Assembly (NCBI GenBank): GCA_016930515.1
Contig: JAFGGO010000173.1
Location: 1 to 56,616 of the forward strand
DNA length: 56,616 bases
From: Promethearchaeota archaeon
Lineage (GTDB): Archaea > Asgardarchaeota > Lokiarchaeia > Sigyniarchaeales > SOKP01
Reading direction: 5' to 3'
This document shows, in pieces, positions 20,035 through 29,969 of the stretch. A model generated the notes under the pieces. That model saw nothing but the letters and a program-made list of their open reading frames with translations, was not told the DNA's origin and did not search any database. Numbering within the stretch: position 1 is the first letter of the stretch; each line of letters starts with the position of its first letter. The position numbers and the translations under genes were made by a program.

Positions 20035-21732
20035 ATGAACGAAACTGTTGATAATCCATACGCATCAAAGTTTTGGGTAAAAAACTACGATGAAGGTATC
20101 CCTGCTGAAATAGATATTCCTGAAAAGAACCTCTATGAGCTGGTTGATAAGGCTGCGGAAAATTTCGGTAAAAGACCCGCAATTTATTTTCTAAAGCAAC
20201 GAATGCCCTATAAAAAGCTCAAGGACAATGTTGATAGGCTCGCAACGGCTCTTGCAGATTTAGGCGTACAGAAAGGCGATAGAATTGGTCTTATGATGCC
20301 CAACTTTCCCCAGTATGTCATAGCATTTTACGGCATATTAAGAGCGGGAGCTATTGTTAGCCCGTGTAACACGCTTTACACGGAACACGAGCTAATGTAT
20401 CAATTGAACGATTCAGCAGCAGAGATCCTTATCGCTCACGATGCTGAACTCGATAAAATAAACAATATCAAGGATTCTACTAGCCTTCGACATGTAATCA
20501 TTTCTAACGTGTTCGATTTCGCTCCAAATGCTAACAAGAATCCTCCTGAAATCGCAGGAACGATGCAACTTTTAAACCTTCTAAAAAAGACGAAACCAAA
20601 TCCTCCCAAATTCGATACAAACGCAAAAGAGGATATTGCCGTTCTCCAGTACACGGGCGGTACTACGGGATTGCCAAAAGGTGCTATGCTTACGCATTAT
20701 AACTTATTAAGTGCTGCTATTGGGATTCATGTGTGGGGTAAACCCTATTCGGTACCTGGAAAAGAAACCGTGTTAACGCAACTCCCGTTATCTCATATAT
20801 ACGGCACGACCGTTTGCTTGAATAATTTCGTTAATGTTGCGGGGTGCGTCGCTCTAAATCCTGATCCAAGAGATCAGATCTCTTTCTTTGAAGTAATTAA
20901 AGAGACTCACCCCACACATCTACCGGGCGTGCCTCGAATTTACATGCAATTGCTTGAAAGGGAGGATTTTAAGGATTATGTAAGGCGATTTAAATCCTTG
21001 AAGTTATGCGAATCGGGAGCGGCACCCATGCCTCACGAGGTCATGGAGGAATTTGAAGAAGTTACGGGATCTAAAATAATAGAAGGGTATGGAATGTCAG
21101 AAACTTCTGCTGCTGGTATTTCAAATCCCGTTGATGGCGTGAGAAAACCAAATTCGGTTGGATTGGTAGTACCAAACATGGAATTCAAACTCGTCGATGT
21201 TGATGATTACACCAAAATCGTCCCTTTAGGCGAGACTGGTGAAATCATGTTGAGAGGTAAGTGCGTGATGAAGGGTTATTGGAACAAGCCGGCAGAGACC
21301 GCTGAACAAATGAAAGAAGGCGGGTGGATTCTTACAGGAGATATTGCGAGAATGGACGAGGATGGCTATGTATTTATCGTTGATAGGAAGAAAGACATGA
21401 TTAATGTCAGTGGCTTTAAAGTGTATCCTCAAGAAGTTGAAAACCTCCTTATTGAGCACGATGCAGTGGATAAAGCAGGCGTAATTGGTCTTCCAAATCC
21501 TGATAATCCTGGAAGTGATACTGTTAAGGCATTTATCGTATTGAAAACCGAATACAACGAGAGCGATGAGCTTTTAATGGAAATCCAGGAATTCTGTAGA
21601 AAAAATCTGGCACCGTATAAAGTTCCAAAGAAGTACGAGTTTAGAAAGGAATTACCAGAAACAAAACTTTTAAAGCTCAGTCGTAAGGATTTAAAAGACT
21701 ACGAGGCCTTTCAGAGAGGCGAAGAAGTATAA
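20035..21732 (+). CDS. Long-chain acyl-CoA ligase (FadD-like)
   Basis: YTGGTTGLPKG, EGYGMSET, GYW, TGD, DRKKDMI. Confidence 0.93.
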   Translation: MNETVDNPYASKFWVKNYDEGIPAEIDIPEKNLYELVDKAAENFGKRPAIYFLKQRMPYKKLKDNVDRLATALADLGVQKGDRIGLMMPNFPQYVIAFYGILRAGAIVSPCNTLYTEHELMYQLNDSAAEILIAHDAELDKINNIKDSTSLRHVIISNVFDFAPNANKNPPEIAGTMQLLNLLKKTKPNPPKFDTNAKEDIAVLQYTGGTTGLPKGAMLTHYNLLSAAIGIHVWGKPYSVPGKETVLTQLPLSHIYGTTVCLNNFVNVAGCVALNPDPRDQISFFEVIKETHPTHLPGVPRIYMQLLEREDFKDYVRRFKSLKLCESGAAPMPHEVMEEFEEVTGSKIIEGYGMSETSAAGISNPVDGVRKPNSVGLVVPNMEFKLVDVDDYTKIVPLGETGEIMLRGKCVMKGYWNKPAETAEQMKEGGWILTGDIARMDEDGYVFIVDRKKDMINVSGFKVYPQEVENLLIEHDAVDKAGVIGLPNPDNPGSDTVKAFIVLKTEYNESDELLMEIQEFCRKNLAPYKVPKKYEFRKELPETKLLKLSRKDLKDYEAFQRGEEV

Positions 21733-21883
21733 ATCCTTTTTTTTATTTTTTTTATTATTTCTATTTCTAAGTATTTAAACTAAATTTCTATAATGTAATA
21801 ATAACACAAAATAGTAAAAAAAATTATAATTATAAATACTATGATTTTTGTCTTATTCCTATCAAGATATAAGATGATTTGTT

Positions 21884-22345
21884 TTGAAACAGGAAAATAA
21901 TACTATTAATCATTTATCAATAACACTAATTTCGCAACATCATACTAATCGTTCTAATTTTCTTCAATTTATTTTGAATTACAAGAACTTAGATTTACAA
22001 GAAACAAAAATAAAATTTAAAAATTATTACTATTTAAATTTAAAAATCGTTTTTATTTTAATCGTTTTAAAAATTTTCGATATTATAACAACTTTTATTG
22101 GTCTCTCAACTGGACTTGCCAGAGAATCAAACGCTCTTGTCGTAGTTTTATTAGATCAAATTGCTCTGCTTTACTTTATCTCTTTTATTCCAATACTTGG
22201 GCTTTCTTTGTTGAATTATTACGTATTTAAGGCGAGAAGGCTTTCGCTTCTAAAGGTAATAATGGCTTCCTGTTGTTTTTTAACAATATTATTAATAATA
22301 ACAGTGGTTAATAACATTGTAGTATTAAATTTAGCCTTATCATGA
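21884..22345 (+). CDS. Small membrane protein (DUF5658-like)
   Basis: FDIITTFIGL..ARESNAL motif and three TM segments; start uncertain. Confidence 0.55.
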   Translation: MKQENNTINHLSITLISQHHTNRSNFLQFILNYKNLDLQETKIKFKNYYYLNLKIVFILIVLKIFDIITTFIGLSTGLARESNALVVVLLDQIALLYFISFIPILGLSLLNYYVFKARRLSLLKVIMASCCFLTILLIITVVNNIVVLNLALS

Positions 22346-22395
22346 AGCATGTGAAACAGATTATATAAAAAAAGAAATAAAAATAAAAAAAACGC

Positions 22396-23865
22396 TTAAT
22401 CTCCGCGCTCGTTAAATTCTTTCATGTACTTCTCAGGAGTCCACAAATCTTCCACGAATTTTGGAATGCCCGAACTATCGCGAGGACCAACTACCACGTA
22501 ACAATTCGCTTCGTCCTCCAAGGCTCCGCTCAATCGGGCAGCCATGCCTGGTAAGATGAGAATTCTGTGTTTAACATTATCGAAGGCTTTAAATTCGCTT
22601 GCTGCTTCGGAAATGGCGGTGGCGTTAAACTGACCTCCTGCAACTGCACTTTCGATTCCTATTCCTTCAGAATCAACCACAAGCAACCAACAATCTATGT
22701 TTGCACCTTGGAGATCTTGTTCCACGGGGATCTTGGTCATCCTATAGTTGCTCGTAACGAAGATGGGGGACATGTCTCCAGGTTCTCCAATCTTGTAGCA
22801 ACCAGGATCGACTGCGGGATATATTCTTGGATCGGCAAAAATGCTTTGCCCTAAGGTAAGCAACGCCATGAGGGCCCATATCTCGTCCTTTTTTTGTCCC
22901 GTGTGAAGGATCAAGAGTGAAGTATCGATCGACACCATTATAGCGCCCATAATGACCTCTTGGTATTGGTGCTTCCAGAGATCTTTATCGCCATCGATAT
23001 TTACTTGCGACCAATAAGCCGCGGGCACGCCCATGACAGGCCAACCTGCGTTCACATCATCGTTTTCGATTGCTGACGTTCTTAATTTCATGATGTTGTC
23101 GTAGGTGGCTGCAAGGTTTCCAGGTCCAAAATAAGTCCCTGGATCCAATATGATTTCCTTTACGCCCATCTTTTTAAGGCTGGCACTCAAGGATGCTAAT
23201 TCGTCTAAATTAGAGGATGTAGCGGCGACGGCCAAGTTGTTTTGGGCAGCAAAAGAACCTACTTTTTCCCAATTGTCCTTGGTGGCTGCGTATAATAGCG
23301 GTTTGTTATCCTTTATTTCGCCAGCAGCGGCGAGGAGGTTATCTGCATTTAAGCTGCATAACATTATCGGCAGGTTGGACATTCCCGTGATTTTCTTAGC
23401 GGCGGCCTTAAAGGTGTCAGCACTTCCAGAGACGCATCGCAAGGCAATACCGTTGATTCTGAGAATGTCTCCCATCCTCTCGATCTTGACATCGTTCAAG
23501 TATTTTACCGTATCATCCAATTCCATTCCCATATCGTCTGGGACTTCGATAAAAATTCCCGTTGGGTTGTAATAGGTCAATTGATGTCTCATCAGCACTT
23601 CTTCGCCTCCTACCGTACATTTTCGATCACCAACTCCAATAACAACGGGTCGTTGAGGTGGCATCGTCAATTCTTTTAACTTGGCGAGTTTCTTCGCTTG
23701 CTTGGGGTCTTGATTCAAGTGAGTGCAATCGGCCAGGCCGATCTTTCTTTCCAATAAGTCGGTAGCAAACGCCATGCAAGTGTCGTAACCACAATCCTTA
23801 CAGTTTGATTTGTCAAGAAGCGCATAAATATCCAATGGACTTGCTCGTTTTCCCAATTTTTTCAC
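22396..23865 (-). CDS. cdhE: Corrinoid Fe-S protein large subunit (ACDS gamma subunit)
   Basis: NCKDCGYDTCMAFA Fe-S motif, VGGEEVLMRH, VTSNY, LILPGMAA, VGPRDSSGIP. Confidence 0.93.
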   Translation of the reverse strand: MKKLGKRASPLDIYALLDKSNCKDCGYDTCMAFATDLLERKIGLADCTHLNQDPKQAKKLAKLKELTMPPQRPVVIGVGDRKCTVGGEEVLMRHQLTYYNPTGIFIEVPDDMGMELDDTVKYLNDVKIERMGDILRINGIALRCVSGSADTFKAAAKKITGMSNLPIMLCSLNADNLLAAAGEIKDNKPLLYAATKDNWEKVGSFAAQNNLAVAATSSNLDELASLSASLKKMGVKEIILDPGTYFGPGNLAATYDNIMKLRTSAIENDDVNAGWPVMGVPAAYWSQVNIDGDKDLWKHQYQEVIMGAIMVSIDTSLLILHTGQKKDEIWALMALLTLGQSIFADPRIYPAVDPGCYKIGEPGDMSPIFVTSNYRMTKIPVEQDLQGANIDCWLLVVDSEGIGIESAVAGGQFNATAISEAASEFKAFDNVKHRILILPGMAARLSGALEDEANCYVVVGPRDSSGIPKFVEDLWTPEKYMKEFNERGD

Positions 23866-24052
23866 ATTTAATTAATAATTATTCTAATGTTTAGAAAAAT
23901 CTAAATTACAATTAAAAATTTATTTTTTTTCAGCAATTGTAATGATGCAATTCGATAATTTGATGTTAGAAACAATAATTAATTGAATTTATCAAGGGAA
24001 AAATTAATAAAAAAAAGAGAGTAATGCCAATAAGGCACATCACCTTGGCAAT

Positions 24053-24547
24053 TTAATAAAACTCTGCCTTGTTCAACAATAGAGCAACGGCTCCATACAA
24101 AAATCCGTTTACTATGCCTGCGATGATGATGGATACGATTGTCCAGGTCAATAAAGATTCGTATACGCCTTCTATGAGCGTTAAGGTCAAGGCAACCCCT
24201 GCACAAATCATCGCCGTCAAGAACCAACTACCAAAGGCTTCCTGTTTGTTCTCACCAAGCTTTCCCGCAACCACGGCAGCAAGTAAGCACGCCACGATGT
24301 AAAATATGGATTGTACTATAATACCCGCCGTAATGGGCTCGGCTAAGGAATTCGTTAGTCCAAAGACGATAGCATAGGGAAAGGTTATTACGGGACCAAA
24401 TAAGGCGATGGATAGGTCAGATAAATCGGATAAATTGTCTACGATTTGATCTATTTGTTCACCAATTATCATGCTGAGGAGGAAGCCAAAAAATCCAACT
24501 GCAATAACAGTAACTAAACTTAATATAAAACTTTTTCCAAAAGCCAT
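24053..24547 (-). CDS. Hypothetical multi-pass membrane protein
   Basis: 164 aa with about five hydrophobic segments. Confidence 0.75.
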   Translation of the reverse strand: MAFGKSFILSLVTVIAVGFFGFLLSMIIGEQIDQIVDNLSDLSDLSIALFGPVITFPYAIVFGLTNSLAEPITAGIIVQSIFYIVACLLAAVVAGKLGENKQEAFGSWFLTAMICAGVALTLTLIEGVYESLLTWTIVSIIIAGIVNGFLYGAVALLLNKAEFY

Positions 24548-24763
24548 ATTCTTATGCTCGAGTATGTAATTTATTTTTGATGTATGATATAGATCTCAAC
24601 ATTGATATAATAATTTAACCAAAAATATTACTTAAGAAATGTAATATTATTTGCTTTTCCCATATCATTATTTTCAGTTTAAAATAGTTCAAAAAGGGAA
24701 CAATAAAATTTACCTACTTTAGATAAAACCTAAAAATCATATTACACTACTGCAATTTAGGAA

Positions 24764-25804
24764 ATGCCCCGAAATGAGAAAAAATTCACGCCTGGAAAGT
24801 TAAATCACGAATTTTTAGAAAAACTGCTGTTAAAACACGCAAGTACTTCAAAAAATTCTCGAGTGATTATGGGTTCAAAGATTGGCGAAGACGCTGCAGT
24901 TATCGATATGGGAGATAAATATCTTGTTTCAAAAACAGATCCAATAACTTTCGCAACGGAACGGATCGGATATTACTCCGTTAATATCAATGTAAACGAC
25001 ATAGTATGCACTGGAGCAAGACCTTTATGGTTTCAATCCACCATTTTACTTCCAGAGAAAACCGCTTCGGAAGAGTTAATTGAATCCATCTTTAAGGATA
25101 TAAGCGATACATGTTATCAAATGGGCATTTCAGTTGTAGGAGGACATACAGAAATAACTGCTGGTCTTGACAGGCCCATTATAGTGGGTTCTTTACTCGG
25201 AGAAGTTGAAAAAGAATCGTTAGTACTAAGTTCGGGAGCAAAACCTGGGGACGCGCTCGTGCTCACAAAGGGGGTTTTTATTGAAGGGACATCAATCATT
25301 GCTCGGGAAAAAGGAGCTTATTTAAAAAAAATAGGATGTACTGAGGAATTCGTTGAAAAATGTAAGGAATACTTATTTAATCCCGGAATAAGCGTTGCCA
25401 AAGAAGCGCTCCTGGTGAGTACGAATTATTCTATATCTGCAATGCACGATCCTACTGAAGGAGGCTTGATGTGTGGTATAGCAGAAATGGCCTTGGCTTC
25501 CAACACCGGAGTGGAGATTGAAGCTGCAAAAATAAATGTTCTGCCTGAACCGCTCGAATTAAGCAAGATATTTGAGATCGACCCAAAAAATACCATATCG
25601 TCTGGATCCTTATTAATTGCAATAAAAGAAGAAGATTCTGAAGAAATGATAAAATTTCTCTTGAAAAACAAAATTAATGCGGAAAAAATTGGCGTTTTCT
25701 CAAATAAAAAAAATGGTTTGAAAATTAAGGATGAACAAGGAAAGATTGTACCATTAGAATATTCAGAAAAGGACGAAATTTCCAAAGTATTCAATTTTTC
25801 TTGA
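24764..25804 (+). CDS. AIR-synthase (PurM/HypE/ThiL) superfamily protein
   Basis: IGEDAAVI, TDPITF, NVNDI, GGHTE, MHDPTEGG. Confidence 0.88.
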   Translation: MPRNEKKFTPGKLNHEFLEKLLLKHASTSKNSRVIMGSKIGEDAAVIDMGDKYLVSKTDPITFATERIGYYSVNINVNDIVCTGARPLWFQSTILLPEKTASEELIESIFKDISDTCYQMGISVVGGHTEITAGLDRPIIVGSLLGEVEKESLVLSSGAKPGDALVLTKGVFIEGTSIIAREKGAYLKKIGCTEEFVEKCKEYLFNPGISVAKEALLVSTNYSISAMHDPTEGGLMCGIAEMALASNTGVEIEAAKINVLPEPLELSKIFEIDPKNTISSGSLLIAIKEEDSEEMIKFLLKNKINAEKIGVFSNKKNGLKIKDEQGKIVPLEYSEKDEISKVFNFS

Positions 25805-25832
25805 GAGTTTAAGAATATATTCCTTCTTAAGG

Positions 25833-26351
25833 TTAATATTCCTTGTTGGGTCTTAATTCAAAAATTTTTACGAATAATTCGAAATTATCCTCGATCTTGA
25901 TCACTGGAACGCCAAATGATTTAAAATTTTCTTGAAATTCGTTGGATATCAAGCCTGATATCATCTTAACATGTTCATTTATTTGATCTTTTATTTCTTC
26001 TGGAGACCGCGCGCATAATACGCTTGGATGAGCTAAATTCCTGAATCCTTCGATAAATAAAACATCAATTTTAAGAGGACCTCGAGAAAGCCAATCGATT
26101 AAGTCTTCTAGCGGAACAGGTTGTTTTAAAAATATACAATTTTCGTTCTTTCTATTTCTAATTACTGAATACGAGGCACCTGCTTCTGAAAATTCATGCG
26201 AATCCTTTCCTGGTGTATCAACCTCGTGATCGTGAATATTCTTGATAACTGCTGCTTCTAAATTTAGTTTTTCTTTTATTAGTCTAATTGCTCTCACGAT
26301 AAAATGCGTTTTACCACTTCCAGATGTACCCAATAATCGTATGATCTTCGT
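25833..26351 (-). CDS. mobB: Molybdopterin-guanine dinucleotide biosynthesis protein B
   Basis: KIIRLLGTSGSGKT P-loop, DTPGKDS, IEGFR; the only start that keeps the first strand is ACG 26351 (or ATC/ATA just after it). Confidence 0.85.
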   Translation of the reverse strand, partial: TKIIRLLGTSGSGKTHFIVRAIRLIKEKLNLEAAVIKNIHDHEVDTPGKDSHEFSEAGASYSVIRNRKNENCIFLKQPVPLEDLIDWLSRGPLKIDVLFIEGFRNLAHPSVLCARSPEEIKDQINEHVKMISGLISNEFQENFKSFGVPVIKIEDNFELFVKIFELRPNKEY

Positions 26352-26464
26352 TGATCATCACTAGTAACTATTCAAATTCTTTATTTTATGTTATGAATTT
26401 TCGTAAATAAAGATTTTATTGGCGTGTTCTTTTATAATCCTAACTGTTCTTTGGAGAGTGAAAT

Positions 26465-26620
26465 ATGACAAATAAAAAAAAACATAATAAAAAAGAGAAT
26501 GAAGAAGAAGAAAAGGAGTATGGTGTAGTTCTTTTGAAAAATAAAAAATATCGAAACCGAGTATATCCTCAAAAAGGAAAACCTCCTAAGGAACAGGACG
26601 AATCGTACAAGATTGTCTAA
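26465..26620 (+). CDS. Unannotated 51-aa charged small protein
   Basis: ATG 26465 to TAA 26620 (MTNKKKHNKKENEEEEKEYGVVLLKNKKYRNRVYPQKGKPPKEQDESYKIV), preceded by GGAGAGTGA and a TATA-like TTTATAAT near 26431. Confidence 0.6.
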   Translation: MTNKKKHNKKENEEEEKEYGVVLLKNKKYRNRVYPQKGKPPKEQDESYKIV

Positions 26621-26721
26621 ATGAGAATTATATTTGCGCTCGCGAATTTTTTAAAGTTTGAAAACCTTTATTTTAAACAACTATTATTTTTTATTCAATC
26701 ATTTCTTTTTAGTTGAATTTT

Positions 26722-28707
26722 ATGGTAAAAACTGAACGAATTATCTTTGATGCCAATTTTTTTATTATGGCTCGGGCGATCCAATCGAGAAATCTTTTAA
26801 AAAACCTGAAAGAAGCGGGAGAAGAACTCCACTTGGATTATTTTATATCTGAAGTCGTATTTAACGAGATTAAAGCCGCTGAAAATTATAAGAATAGGTT
26901 CCAAGCAATAGTGAATGTTGAGCTCGTGGAGGATTCGGAAGTTCGAGAGATAAAATCTACACTCAGCGAACATAACATCAGATTTCCCGCTCAGGATCCC
27001 GATTTATCATTACTAGTTATTGCTGAAAGGTTAATAAATAAGAACGATGGCATTCAAACACACCTCGTTACTGACGATTTCAAATTGGTAAAAAACGCTA
27101 GCTTATTGCTTAAAACGAAATTAAACATATTATCCCTCTCGAGTTTCATTCTAAAAATTCAGCAGACAGCATCTAAGCCAGCAATGAGAAATTATTTTAA
27201 AAATTTATGGAAAAGAAGTTTAGATTACACGCTCCATTACTTAGTAGAGCGTTCGAAAATATATCCTGCTGAGGCAAAGATACAATGGTTAATGGAAAGA
27301 GCAATAACCGTTACAAAAAATAGCATCATAAGTTCAGATACAGATATAGAAGAGAGTGCTATAAAATTCGAGGTTGGTGCCTCGAGATATTCAGAAGAAA
27401 TAGATATTTGTGAAAAATATATTGATAATCAAGAACTTCCTGCGAGCAAGGAAGAAAAGATAGCAGATATTCTTAATTTTTTAGCAAATTTGAAAATATC
27501 ACGAGAATATGTAATTAAAGCTCGAGAAGCTATAATTAAGAACGATTCGGTGAATGCTGTAAAATTGTTAAAAAAAGGAAATGGATTTTTAGTTTCCTTG
27601 CTCCAACTTGCGTCGGGACAATTAAAAAGCGTTAAAAATTACGATATAATCCAACAACTCATCTGTCAAGAAATAAGCAAGATGGAATTCTTGCGAGCTT
27701 TTATTCTCGTGTCATTGGGGAGAATCAGCAACGCAATTGAATCTCTCGAGCGCGCGGCATTGTTTTCAACAATCATTCACAATCACGCCACATGTTTAAC
27801 GCTCAATTACATTAAAGCATTGATATTTCTCTTTCATGGTCTTTACAATTCTGCCATAAAACAATACAATTTTACAGAAGAATTAGCAGAAATTTATGGA
27901 GATGAAAGATTAAAACTCAAAAGTGTGATTGGTAAGGCTATCTCGATTTATATTGGGGGCGAAGAAAAAGACGCGGCAATGAGCATCATGGAAGAAATAT
28001 CTAACATGGATTTGGAAAACAATCATCAAGATGCAATTGTAGTATTTAGCGAATTGGGAGACTATTTTCTAGCTCTTGGTCATTCTCAAATTGCTGCAAA
28101 TTTATATAATCAAGCCCTCGAAATCTCGATAGACTTCAACGAGATGGAACATAAAAGTGAAAATTTAATTAATAAATTAAAACGAGCTTATATTGCAACC
28201 GTTCTTGAAGGATACTCTACCACGGATGCAGGAGAAAAATTAGATGTTCTCTTGGATAAGGCTTATAATGTTAAGGATGTGGAGAAATATAACGATCAAA
28301 TAAAGAAGATTGCCAGCTTTAATGTGTTATTCTACACGCCATTTGAGTATATATCGGGTAAGAAAAAAATTATTCCTTACAGTAAATTACCGAAAGAACT
28401 CAAGAAGGATTATTTGGAAGTGGTTCACTTCGAAAAATCAAAGGAAAATAGCGATGAAATGTTATTTATAGTCTCTCATTACGAATTAGGTCTCTTGGGG
28501 GTGAAGTGCAAAACGGATATGTCCATCCAAGGCATCGCGGAAAATTATTCGCTAAAGATCAAACCAACGGCTCGCGTTAAGATTTATAAACCTGATGATG
28601 TTTCAAAGGATGTTTATCTGATCAGAGCTATTATAGAGATCACGAAAAAGGACGAATGTGAGATAGTCTATACGCTTCCTTCATTTTTTAAGCAATTAAA
28701 TTTATGA
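26722..28707 (+). CDS. PIN-domain nuclease fused to TPR-like repeats
   Basis: IIFDANFF, EVVFNEI, DPDLSLL and LVTDDFKL (PIN acidic residues), followed by TPR-like helices and a beta-rich C-terminus. Confidence 0.8.
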   Translation: MVKTERIIFDANFFIMARAIQSRNLLKNLKEAGEELHLDYFISEVVFNEIKAAENYKNRFQAIVNVELVEDSEVREIKSTLSEHNIRFPAQDPDLSLLVIAERLINKNDGIQTHLVTDDFKLVKNASLLLKTKLNILSLSSFILKIQQTASKPAMRNYFKNLWKRSLDYTLHYLVERSKIYPAEAKIQWLMERAITVTKNSIISSDTDIEESAIKFEVGASRYSEEIDICEKYIDNQELPASKEEKIADILNFLANLKISREYVIKAREAIIKNDSVNAVKLLKKGNGFLVSLLQLASGQLKSVKNYDIIQQLICQEISKMEFLRAFILVSLGRISNAIESLERAALFSTIIHNHATCLTLNYIKALIFLFHGLYNSAIKQYNFTEELAEIYGDERLKLKSVIGKAISIYIGGEEKDAAMSIMEEISNMDLENNHQDAIVVFSELGDYFLALGHSQIAANLYNQALEISIDFNEMEHKSENLINKLKRAYIATVLEGYSTTDAGEKLDVLLDKAYNVKDVEKYNDQIKKIASFNVLFYTPFEYISGKKKIIPYSKLPKELKKDYLEVVHFEKSKENSDEMLFIVSHYELGLLGVKCKTDMSIQGIAENYSLKIKPTARVKIYKPDDVSKDVYLIRAIIEITKKDECEIVYTLPSFFKQLNL

Positions 28708-28812
28708 GGAAGCTAAATAAATCTTACAAAAAGATAGTAATTGCCGTACTCGATGCCGAAAAATGACCCCGTTAACATGTTTCGAGTATCTAGCAATAAA
28801 TTTGAGAAATAC

Positions 28813-29085
28813 TTAACCCTTTCTTAAGTTTTTATCTCGTTGAGCGATTTGATGTCCGTGGACGGCACAACTAATGCAGTAATATTTTTTTGTCTGTGCG
28901 CCGAGTATTATCGTGCCAGACTTTTTGAGTTCTCCGTACATTCTAGCGTCGACTAATGAAGTTCGACGCGTTACCGCTTTTGCCTTGCTTCGAGCAACAA
29001 ACCTGCCGCATTTAGAGCATTGTACCTTGTTGTAGTTGCCCTTACTACTTCCTGTTTTTCCACCACTTTTTCTCTTCTTTGGCAT
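28813..29085 (-). CDS. rps26e: Ribosomal protein eS26
   Basis: MPKKRKSGG..VQCSKCGR..KA..YCISCAVH. Confidence 0.95.
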   Translation of the reverse strand: MPKKRKSGGKTGSSKGNYNKVQCSKCGRFVARSKAKAVTRRTSLVDARMYGELKKSGTIILGAQTKKYYCISCAVHGHQIAQRDKNLRKG

Positions 29086-29213
29086 GTCCTACCTCCTTTT
29101 CTTTGATTTACCGAAACAATCCTGTACTTGAGTTGGAAAATTAAGCAAAATTTAAATATTTTGTCATTTCCTCCAAACGACCGTCTACGATGTGGATCGA
29201 ATCCGTTTTTGAT

Positions 29214-29900
29214 TTAATCGTCTTGAACGCTTCCATTCTCCTTGTTAAGGCTATTAAATACAAAAAAAATGCGCTGACCTATAGTAATAATTAATAATCC
29301 CGAATAAACTAGAATCATTGTGGTAAAGAACCAGGTAATCGCCGTTCCTGTGAGATATTCGGATAGAAAATATATCCAGCTCTCAACAATCAATATTATC
29401 CATAAAAAAATCATTCTTTCAGCTCGTTCCATCCAACCCACGCCCTTCATGTTGAGACCCTCGTTTTCGGCTCGTGAACGAATGTAAGAAATCATGATAG
29501 TAATGAATAATAAAAGGAATCCAAACGCATAATTCACGAGATTACCATAAATTAAACCTAAGACGAGAGTAGCATCTGATATTCTATCTAAGTTTGAATC
29601 TAAAAAGGCCCCAGCTTTCGATGCCCTTCCTGATTTTCTTGCTAAAGAGCCATCCAGGATATCAAAGATACCGGAAAATGCTAGCAATAAAGGAGCTACC
29701 CAAGCGAAAAAAATATGTGAACGAGTAAAACCAAGGGCGATAAAACACGCGGCCCCAATTGAACATAAGAAACCAAGATAAGAAAGAGTATTTGGCTTTA
29801 TTCTTTTTTTAATTAAAAATTCCACGGGACCGTTCACGAGTTTTTCAACAAAACCGTTCTGGCGTTCTCTTTTTGCAGGTAAAATGTTCTCACTGTTCAT
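29214..29900 (-). CDS. CDP-alcohol phosphatidyltransferase (archaetidylinositol-phosphate synthase-like)
   Basis: DILDGSLAR..GAFLDSNLDRISD, SYIRSRAE, VGWMERAER. Confidence 0.9.
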   Translation of the reverse strand: MNSENILPAKRERQNGFVEKLVNGPVEFLIKKRIKPNTLSYLGFLCSIGAACFIALGFTRSHIFFAWVAPLLLAFSGIFDILDGSLARKSGRASKAGAFLDSNLDRISDATLVLGLIYGNLVNYAFGFLLLFITIMISYIRSRAENEGLNMKGVGWMERAERMIFLWIILIVESWIYFLSEYLTGTAITWFFTTMILVYSGLLIITIGQRIFFVFNSLNKENGSVQDD

Positions 29901-29969
29901 TTATGAGGCCTTTTACAGATAGGTGCTTTAAAAACAATAACATAGAAAGTACTACCTTAAATAAAAAAT

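Noticed and set aside
24764-25804. SelD (selenophosphate synthetase) as the identity of the PurM-fold gene
   Set aside because: Lacks the N-terminal C/U-x-x-K motif and the DFF motif of SelD; it is a generic AIR-synthase-like protein.
28705-28716. Possible C-terminal Sec readthrough (TGA GGA AGC TAA) in the PIN-TPR gene
   Set aside because: No Cys/redox context, and the downstream hairpin lacks SECIS geometry.
29174-29210. T-arm-like GGATCGAATCC upstream of rps26e
   Set aside because: No acceptor, D or anticodon arms can be formed, so it is not a tRNA.
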